Shown: positions 58,057-64,000 of the stretch, in pieces | Position numbering within the stretch: the stretch's first letter is position 1 | Layout of the letters: each line of letters begins with the position of its first letter | NCBI GenBank assembly: GCA_963802255.1 | Contig: CAWDHY010000001.1 | Coordinates: 555,842 to 619,841 of the forward strand | Reading direction: 5' to 3' | Source: Candidatus Magasanikiibacteriota bacterium | GTDB taxonomy: Bacteria > Patescibacteriota > Patescibacteriia > Magasanikbacterales > GWA2-37-8 | Length of the DNA: 64,000 bases | Position numbers and translations under genes: made by a program | Notes under the pieces: generated by a model | What the model was told of the DNA's origin: nothing | The model's input: the letters and a program-made list of their open reading frames with translations, nothing else | Database searches by the model: none

Positions 58057-59445
58057 ATGACGCATGAAGAAAAAATCAAAACTATCAGTGAACAAATAAT
58101 ACTCAAAAACACTTTGGGCAGGAAAATTGCGTTTGTGAAAAAATCCGTTACGCATGTTGTACCCAATGCCGGCGTGAAAAAAACCGGTGAAAAAATTTAT
58201 ATCGGAGATTTGGATCAGATAATTCAAATCAACACGGATGATAAAACCTGTACCGCCGAATCCGGCGTCACTTTTTATGATTTGGTGCAAAAAACTCTGC
58301 CGCTCGGTCTTGTCCCCTATGTTGTACCTGAGCTGAAAGGCATTACCATCGGCGGGGCAGTTTCCGGCTGTTCCATTGAGTCTATGTCCTACAAATACGG
58401 CGGTTTTCATGATTCCTGTCTTGAATATGAAATTATTGCCGCCACCGGCGAAATTCTTACCTGCTCGCGGGAAAATAATCCGGAATTGTTTGAAATGATT
58501 CACGGTTCATACGGAACGCTGGCGCTGGTGTCCAAATTAAAATTTAAACTCTACCCGGCCGAACCATTCGTCAAAATGACTTATGAAAAACACGATAATT
58601 TCGAAGAATTTTACCGTTCACTCCTGCACCACTGCGAACAAGCCGACTATACCTTTGTTGATGCGATAATACACGGCACTGACAACCTGGTAATCTGCCT
58701 GGGCGAATATGCCGCCAACGCGCCATATATTTCTAACTACGAAAAAGAAAATATTTATTATAAAAGCACGGATAAAAAAAATGAGGATTATTTACCGACA
58801 TCTCAATATTTTTTCCGTTACGATACAGAATGCCATTGGCTGTCGCGGACCATCCCCCCTCTTGAGTGGACCGCTGTGCGCAAATTTTTCGGTAAGTTTT
58901 TTCTCGGTTCGGATAATATGATCCGTTGGACCGAACGGCTGAAAAAAATATCCTTGCCGGCCGAAGCACAAAATCTTCCACCTCTGCGCGCTGCTGAAAA
59001 ATTCTTAAATTACAAAAAGCGCCCGGACGTGATTGTTGACGTATTTATTCCCAGCAAAAAATTCACTGATTTCTGGGCTTGGTACAAAAAAGAATTTAAT
59101 TTTTTCCCGCTCTGGATAGTGCCTTACAAAATGCCTCGGCCCAAGGCCGACAAGGTCGGGCTGTATCCATGGATTAATCCAGTGCACGCGATGAAATCAG
59201 GCGAAAGCTTTTTTATTGACACTGCCATTTACGGCAAAAAAAATTGCGAGGCCGACCGCGACCTGGCAAAAATGCTGGAAGATAAAGTGTTTGAGTTGGG
59301 CGGAATTAAAACCTTGATTTCAAAAAATTATTACAGCCGCGAACGTTTCGCGGAGATTTACAACCTCGCGCTGTATGACCGCATTAAACAAAAAACCGAC
59401 CCGAAAAATCTTTTCGGAACGGTTTATGAGAGAATGGTAAAATAA
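58057..59445 (+). CDS. FAD-linked oxidoreductase, PCMH-type FAD-binding (DHCR24/Diminuto-like)
   Basis: ITIGGAVSGCSIESMSYKYGGFHDSCLEYEIIAATGEILTCS aligns with the DHCR24 FAD-binding segment ([22 protein letters not shown]...YELVLADGS). Confidence 0.65.
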   Translation: MTHEEKIKTISEQIILKNTLGRKIAFVKKSVTHVVPNAGVKKTGEKIYIGDLDQIIQINTDDKTCTAESGVTFYDLVQKTLPLGLVPYVVPELKGITIGGAVSGCSIESMSYKYGGFHDSCLEYEIIAATGEILTCSRENNPELFEMIHGSYGTLALVSKLKFKLYPAEPFVKMTYEKHDNFEEFYRSLLHHCEQADYTFVDAIIHGTDNLVICLGEYAANAPYISNYEKENIYYKSTDKKNEDYLPTSQYFFRYDTECHWLSRTIPPLEWTAVRKFFGKFFLGSDNMIRWTERLKKISLPAEAQNLPPLRAAEKFLNYKKRPDVIVDVFIPSKKFTDFWAWYKKEFNFFPLWIVPYKMPRPKADKVGLYPWINPVHAMKSGESFFIDTAIYGKKNCEADRDLAKMLEDKVFELGGIKTLISKNYYSRERFAEIYNLALYDRIKQKTDPKNLFGTVYERMVK

Positions 59446-59480
59446 AAAAATCCCTCAGCCCGAGGCTGAGGGATTTTTTT
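59444..59480. terminator. Strong bidirectional intrinsic terminator
   Basis: A-run, then TCCCTCAGCC-cga-GGCTGAGGGA, then TTTTTTT. Confidence 0.75.
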
Positions 59481-59487
59481 GCATATT

Positions 59488-60060
59488 TTATTTTCCATTT
59501 GCAATTCTCTCTGCGAATCGCTTCCCTATTTTCACAATTTCTTCGTCGGTCACGGCGGAATGCACCGTATTTATCCGGAAAAATTTATTTTCACTGATAA
59601 TCAAATCCACACGATACGGCGTTTTAGCACCCCTGGAATAAAACAACAAATTATCCACCGGCAAACTATCGTCTTTTTTGTAGGTATATCCGTATTTATC
59701 AAGGTCAGCTTTGTTTGCAGTCACACTGGTGTCCTCTTCGAGCACCACCACAACCGGCGCGCCACCCGGTTTATCGCCATACGGTGTGTGATCATATGTC
59801 TCGCTCCAAACAGTGTAATAATTACAAATATAATCTTCGGCAATACTCGTATCCTCTGTCTTCACAATCGGCCGACCAATCGCTTCTTCAACCAGCTCCT
59901 TGGGGAAATATTTACAAACTTCTTCCATGTCTGACTTTCCGCTTTTTCCGGATGATTTCTCTCCGTTCGGCGCTACACTACCCGGACCGCCACATCCGGC
60001 TCCGGCGAATGTTATAGCCATCATGATGGCTATTGCTCCAAAAAGTATTCTCTTGGGCAT
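59488..60060 (-). CDS. Hypothetical lipoprotein
   Basis: Signal peptide plus lipobox (FAGAGCGG). 190 aa. Confidence 0.45.
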   Translation of the reverse strand: MPKRILFGAIAIMMAITFAGAGCGGPGSVAPNGEKSSGKSGKSDMEEVCKYFPKELVEEAIGRPIVKTEDTSIAEDYICNYYTVWSETYDHTPYGDKPGGAPVVVVLEEDTSVTANKADLDKYGYTYKKDDSLPVDNLLFYSRGAKTPYRVDLIISENKFFRINTVHSAVTDEEIVKIGKRFAERIANGK

Positions 60061-60071
60061 ATATACTTAAA

Positions 60072-61022
60072 TTAAACGTTATAACGTGTTGGTTGAATCA
60101 TAGTTAATAAATATGAACGCGTCGATGTGGTGGTTAAAATTTCATTTCTTAAACCGGCCTCGGAAATGACCTCAGCGATCACCTGTTCGGTAAATTTTCT
60201 CGAACGGACAATAAGAATCTTTTCTCCTTTCTCAATAATAAATTTTTCACTGCCGATTTTAACATTTGTATCTTTTTTAATCAGCAAGTGAGCCTGAATC
60301 TGATGGGATTTTTCATGCCATGAAAATTCTATGTCATTTCGCTTTGGGTCAAAGCCGATGTATCTCGGAATAAAAGATAGAAAATTATCACCCTCTCTTT
60401 CCTGCCTGTAACGCTCGAGTATTTTATCAATAAGAGCGAAGTTGGTCATTTCAATTCCGATAAGCAAATAATCTGATGTGGTCATGGAATCACGAAAATT
60501 TGTCAAAATGCGGTTGGCATTGTCAAAATTTCCGAGCGTCGTTCCTAAAAAAAGCATCAAATTGGCATATCCGCCACGGCTTAATGAAAAAGATATTTCG
60601 GAAAAATTTCCTAATTCAAAATCAACGACATAAGGAAATATTTTAATCTTAGGGAATGCTTTTTTTACTTTTTTGCACGCAATATCAATCAAAGATTGAC
60701 TAATATCCACCGGTACATAGCGCACGTCAAAGCCATATTCAATCGCGCGGTTAATTATTTTAACCGCTTTATAACCGTCGCCGCATCCAAGATCAATAAC
60801 GTTAATTTTTTTAGTATTAAAGGACGACAAAAATGTGTCTAATCTTTTGAAAAGCAACTCCATTTCCACACTATGAATATCGCTGCCAGATTGCCGTTTT
60901 TCGGATATTTTTGTCCAATTTAAAGCGCCTTTGCCCAAATAAGCAAACTTCAACGGTATCTCCCCGCGACCCTGTATTGCGGTAATTAACTCAAATTCCT
61001 GTCTTTTTGTAAACATAAACAA
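60072..61022 (-). CDS. EgtD-like (Methyltransf_33) SAM-dependent methyltransferase
   Basis: VIDLGCGDGYKAV...YVPVDISQSL...FLGTTLGNFDNANRIL...LLIGIEMT... follows the L-histidine N-alpha-methyltransferase family pattern (DLGsG...Y.PiDiS...FlGStIGNf...lLiG.D). No egtB/egtC is nearby. Confidence 0.6.
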   Translation of the reverse strand: MFMFTKRQEFELITAIQGRGEIPLKFAYLGKGALNWTKISEKRQSGSDIHSVEMELLFKRLDTFLSSFNTKKINVIDLGCGDGYKAVKIINRAIEYGFDVRYVPVDISQSLIDIACKKVKKAFPKIKIFPYVVDFELGNFSEISFSLSRGGYANLMLFLGTTLGNFDNANRILTNFRDSMTTSDYLLIGIEMTNFALIDKILERYRQEREGDNFLSFIPRYIGFDPKRNDIEFSWHEKSHQIQAHLLIKKDTNVKIGSEKFIIEKGEKILIVRSRKFTEQVIAEVISEAGLRNEILTTTSTRSYLLTMIQPTRYNV

Positions 61023-61110
61023 AAATTATGTGTATTTCGCCGTTGATAAATATAGTATCCGCGTATTTTTTCACAGAACTGCTTTCCATCTCACGGGGTA
61101 TAAATATATT

Positions 61111-61377
61111 TTATCTGAATAACCTTGCCCTTGGCAAATTCTTAATCAACTTCAACTTCTCCCCTCTGGTCAAATTCTTTATTTTGTTCTCCGCTTTGGA
61201 AGCCAGTGACCGGTTGCGGAATTTTTTTGAATATACAAGCTTGACCGGCCGGCGCGTCCGTGTGTACTTTGCGCCGAGTTTGGACGAGTTATGTTCTCTC
61301 AGCCGGCGCTCCAAATCAACCGTAATGCCGGTGTACAAGGTCTTGTCGGAACATTTTAAAATATATACGTAATACAT
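61111..61377 (-). CDS. GIY-YIG nuclease family protein (UPF0213-like)
   Basis: 88 aa. YYVYILKCSDKTLYTGITVDLERRLREHN has the GIY-YIG motifs. Confidence 0.8.
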   Translation of the reverse strand: MYYVYILKCSDKTLYTGITVDLERRLREHNSSKLGAKYTRTRRPVKLVYSKKFRNRSLASKAENKIKNLTRGEKLKLIKNLPRARLFR

Positions 61378-61467
61378 TGATTAATTATACCGCTCCACAC
61401 CAGTCAAAGTCAAAATTTAATCTGCTCACATTGAAAATTTTAAAAGAAAGAGGTAAACAATCTCATA

Positions 61468-61494
61468 TCAAAAAACCCCGGCGCTTAGCCAGGG
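61468..61494 (-). terminator. Intrinsic terminator
   Basis: On the minus strand: CCCUGGC-uaagc-GCCGGGG (one G-U pair) followed by UUUUUU. Confidence 0.45.
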
Positions 61495-61511
61495 TTTTAA
61501 AAAATTATTTT

Positions 61512-62057
61512 TTACTGTATCTGTATCAACTTCGCTTCCAATAATTTTTCATTATTTGGTGAGCCAAAAACTATAATATTTTGGCCAACTTGCAAAACGG
61601 ATAGACCAACTTCAGTTGATGAAGATATTATCACCGTATTAGCCTGAGATAAAATAATCTGTTCCTGCGCGGCGTTATTCATGATGGTAATCTGGTTTGC
61701 TTCAATCTTGGAAATATTGCCAAAAATTCTTTCCGGAGCCGGCGGTATCTCTTTACCGGCGTTGATTATCGTGGCAGTACCACCCTTCATTATTACGCCT
61801 CCGCCCTTTTCTTCACCAAAGCGATCTTGGTTGCCAATCTGACCGCACACCATTCCGCCGAACCTTGTATTTGACCCCCTAGCATCACGGCCGAGCTTAT
61901 AGCAAACAGTTATTGAAATAGCCAAAGCAAGCGCAATCATCACTAAAGCCAAAAATATCTTCAGTAGCAGATGTCCCCACGACAATTTGGTCCAGGAGCA
62001 TGAGCAATTGGTTCCGCACTTATGATTGGCGATCTTTTTTTCCCCCTTGTTTTCCAT
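61512..62057 (-). CDS. Hypothetical membrane-anchored protein
   Basis: 181 aa. N-terminal Cys cluster (HKCGTNCSCS), one TM helix and a beta-rich C-terminus. Confidence 0.4.
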   Translation of the reverse strand: MENKGEKKIANHKCGTNCSCSWTKLSWGHLLLKIFLALVMIALALAISITVCYKLGRDARGSNTRFGGMVCGQIGNQDRFGEEKGGGVIMKGGTATIINAGKEIPPAPERIFGNISKIEANQITIMNNAAQEQIILSQANTVIISSSTEVGLSVLQVGQNIIVFGSPNNEKLLEAKLIQIQ

Positions 62058-62165
62058 AAAAATATGGTTAAAAAATAATACGATTAATTAATGCTGAAAA
62101 CTTATTAGCTTAAACGGCAAATACATTATAATACTTTTTTAATAATTTGACGAGTACGCTATTTT

Positions 62166-62387
62166 TTACAGATTCTCAATCTTCCTCAAATCTCTATCCG
62201 GCCAATATATCAATAAAAGGCCGATAACAATTCCACCCAGCGTGGACCAAATATGAGTTCCATCAAGAAAACGCATGTCAAACCAATCCAGCGCGTACCA
62301 GATGCCGCGCCAGACCAGCACAAAACCGATGACCGTAGAAATATTTTTTACAAAATACAAGGGCGATAATTTTTTTCTAAAACACAT
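62166..62387 (-). CDS. Hypothetical small membrane protein
   Basis: 73 aa with two TM helices. Confidence 0.35.
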   Translation of the reverse strand: MCFRKKLSPLYFVKNISTVIGFVLVWRGIWYALDWFDMRFLDGTHIWSTLGGIVIGLLLIYWPDRDLRKIENL

Positions 62388-62411
62388 ATATTAATTATTT
62401 AATATATTATA

Positions 62412-63095
62412 TTAAATATTATAAACCACATCTTTTCTTTCCACAACCACCTTCCAACCGGCTTTTTTTGCCGCCGCAAACAATTTTTTATTCGGATTAA
62501 AACAAATAGGGTTTTCCACCATTTTCAAAAAGGCGATATCAACTTCCGAATCGCCCACTCCAATTGAGCCGGCAAGGGTCAAATTTTCTTTTTTAATTGC
62601 CCGCTTCAAAATTTGTTCTTTGTCGCTAATAAGCTCTTCGCGCAAAATACGACCCGTATATTTTTTGTTTTTATCAACTTCAAAAACACGGCCATAAACT
62701 TTATCAAAACCCCACCCCAAACAAAACCGGCTGACCAATTCAAACGGCGAACCGGAAATTGCAAGTAAAAAATACTTTTGTTTTTTTAATTTTTTAATGA
62801 GTGCCCTGGTATGGCGATAAACCCGGTTTTTGTGGAATTTAGCAACGCTCTCCACAATTTTAATAAAATCATCCTGCTTGATGCGCTTGATGTGCTTTTC
62901 AAACGAGCTAACCACCGCTTTAAGATAATTTTCATAACTCCCCTTGCGGTCAGACCATTTTTTATACGCTCTTGCATATTCACCACGTGTTGACGGCGGA
63001 AACAAACCCTCCTGCACCAAAGCTTCGGTTACTTCAATCAACAAACTGGAACGAAATATCGTTCCGTCCACGTCAAAGATAGCAACTTTTTTCAT
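62412..63095 (-). CDS. HAD-superfamily hydrolase (subfamily IB-like)
   Basis: Motif I AIFDVDGTI, motif II S, and motif IV GDSEVD contexts. Confidence 0.75.
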   Translation of the reverse strand: MKKVAIFDVDGTIFRSSLLIEVTEALVQEGLFPPSTRGEYARAYKKWSDRKGSYENYLKAVVSSFEKHIKRIKQDDFIKIVESVAKFHKNRVYRHTRALIKKLKKQKYFLLAISGSPFELVSRFCLGWGFDKVYGRVFEVDKNKKYTGRILREELISDKEQILKRAIKKENLTLAGSIGVGDSEVDIAFLKMVENPICFNPNKKLFAAAKKAGWKVVVERKDVVYNI

Positions 63096-63215
63096 AAAGT
63101 TATCAATCTGCTTAATAAAAACTATTTTTTGTCATGTTCGTGAATCACAGCCAGTATAATCACTACTGCGATAAGAACCAAGCTAATGAGGACAATAATT
63201 CCCATATTCCAAAAA

Positions 63216-63611
63216 TTATTCAATGTTACGTCTTAACGATTTCACCCGCGAACGCCGTATTTTAGATTCCAATCGGCGCAATTTGGACGCGCGGGTCGGC
63301 CTGGTCGGACGGCGTTTTTTTGGCACATGAAGAGCCCGGGCAACAAGCGCTTCCAGCCGGTCAACGGCCAGCGCCCGGTTTTGTGATTGTGTTCGCTCTT
63401 CTTCAGACACAACCACCACTTCATCTTTAGAATTTATCCGACTGGCCAGCTTCGCCCGCACTCTCGCTTTTTCTTCAAAAGATAAAACACGCGAACGCCC
63501 CAACGGCCAATGCACAGTCGCTTTGGTCGATGTCTTATTCACATTCTGCCCGCCTGCGCCGGATGAGCGGGAAAAAGTGATGCGGAGTTCATTGCCAGGT
63601 ATGTATATCAC
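63216..63611 (-). CDS. arfB: Alternative ribosome-rescue factor ArfB (peptidyl-tRNA hydrolase domain, GGQ)
   Basis: 131 aa. SRSSGAGGQNVNKTSTKA (GGQ motif) and a basic C-terminal tail. Confidence 0.8.
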   Translation of the reverse strand: MIYIPGNELRITFSRSSGAGGQNVNKTSTKATVHWPLGRSRVLSFEEKARVRAKLASRINSKDEVVVVSEEERTQSQNRALAVDRLEALVARALHVPKKRRPTRPTRASKLRRLESKIRRSRVKSLRRNIE

Positions 63612-63617
63612 AATATT

Positions 63618-64000
63618 TTATCTGAATAACATCGTACCACCATCGTCTTTGATTGTCAGTACCAATTCGTTTTTATCATTAAATGAATAACCGTCCACAT
63701 CTTGAAGAAGCTGGGAAAATTGGGACTCCTGCGAACCCTCACAAAACATCAACGTGGAAATCATTTGGGTAAAAGTCAAAGCGCCGTCATCTGCTTCATA
63801 TTTAGCGCCCATGCCGTTGCAATCAGTGCCAATACCCACTTTACCGCCCTCTGTAAAAGATAAAGTAAAAACATCGCTTTTAGCCGTGACCACTGTTTCA
63901 TCGCCTAACTCCGCTTTTACCCAGGTCCACTTTTTCATTTCCAGAGTCATTTTGGCCAGAGGCGGCGTGGTCGTGTCTTCAGCCGGCGTGTCACGTCTTC
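63618..64000 (-). CDS. META-domain (HslJ-like) protein, 5' end beyond the window
   Basis: META/DUF306 pattern W..V.L.........l.F...GkvsG..gCN...g.Y.....L.F......T.M.C, seen as KKWTWVKAELGDETVVTAKSDVFTLSFTEGGKVGIGTDCNGMGAKYEADDGALTF...TLMFCEG. The reading frame stays open upstream to position 64000, so the true start, likely a lipoprotein signal, is outside the window. Confidence 0.6.
   Translation of the reverse strand, partial: RRDTPAEDTTTPPLAKMTLEMKKWTWVKAELGDETVVTAKSDVFTLSFTEGGKVGIGTDCNGMGAKYEADDGALTFTQMISTLMFCEGSQESQFSQLLQDVDGYSFNDKNELVLTIKDDGGTMLFR

Noticed and set aside
63122-63205. 27-aa hydrophobic ORF (MGIIVLISLVLIAVVIILAVIHEHDKK) between arfB and the HAD hydrolase gene
   Set aside because: It has no convincing SD or promoter and is very short. 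Noted only because it parallels the better-supported small peptide at 38129-38260.
1-64000. Search for CRISPR arrays, rRNA genes, IS elements, transposases and integrases
   Set aside because: I saw no regularly spaced direct repeats, no rRNA-like conserved blocks, and no DDE-transposase or tyrosine/serine-recombinase signatures on either strand. The only RNA gene found was tRNA-Ser(GGA).

Overview
The window is AT-rich (about 40% GC by eye) and densely coded, with roughly 70 coding sequences and one tRNA. I found no rRNA, CRISPR array, transposase or integrase. Most of it is compact bacterial housekeeping DNA with many 1-4 nt gene overlaps. Compact genes, a division cluster lacking ftsI and a short HrcA suggest a reduced-genome lineage such as the candidate phyla radiation (CPR)/Patescibacteria; this is inference.

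Main blocks, mostly on the minus strand:
- A partial division and cell wall (dcw) cluster at 841-7281: mraZ-rsmH-ftsL-[membrane protein]-[membrane-anchored ClpC-like AAA+ ATPase]-[membrane protein]-ftsW.
- A beta-CASP metallo-beta-lactamase-fold RNase (7401-8765), then murJ-lepA-recJ on the plus strand (9579-14875).
- A cell-surface glycosylation locus at 16137-25053: GT4 and GT2 glycosyltransferases, a SAM methyltransferase, a DUF2304 protein, a UDP-sugar epimerase/decarboxylase, an S8 protease and a priming phosphoglycosyl transferase. A Cas4-like Fe-S nuclease and an N-terminal-half-only GT4 paralog are embedded in it.
- pyrG, rplI, era, ctpA, murA and rnhA at 25094-32823.
- A heat-shock operon at 32841-38027 with a consensus promoter and a CIRCE-like operator: hrcA, a Nudix::GrpE fusion, hsp20, dnaK, dnaJ.
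- yidC, pgsA-like, cyclophilin, lgt with tRNA-Ser(GGA), a tandem-LOG protein and gatCA at 38937-46603.
- A response regulator, a 1321-aa multi-PAS histidine kinase and a HAMP-PAS sensor at 46654-52613.
- DUF2207, corA, a DHCR24-like FAD oxidase, an EgtD-like methyltransferase, a GIY-YIG nuclease, a HAD hydrolase, arfB and a META-domain protein at 52660-64000.

The most anomalous signal is two sharply GC-rich insertions, about 41075-41640 and about 54441-55680. Each carries its own consensus sigma70 promoter, strong Shine-Dalgarno (SD) sequences and intrinsic terminators, and encodes proteins I could not place. The second is a two-gene cassette: an acidic 201-aa protein and a basic 91-aa zinc-ribbon protein, each on its own transcription unit, with a palindromic operator over the first promoter. 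These are the best candidates for horizontally acquired, undescribed modules.
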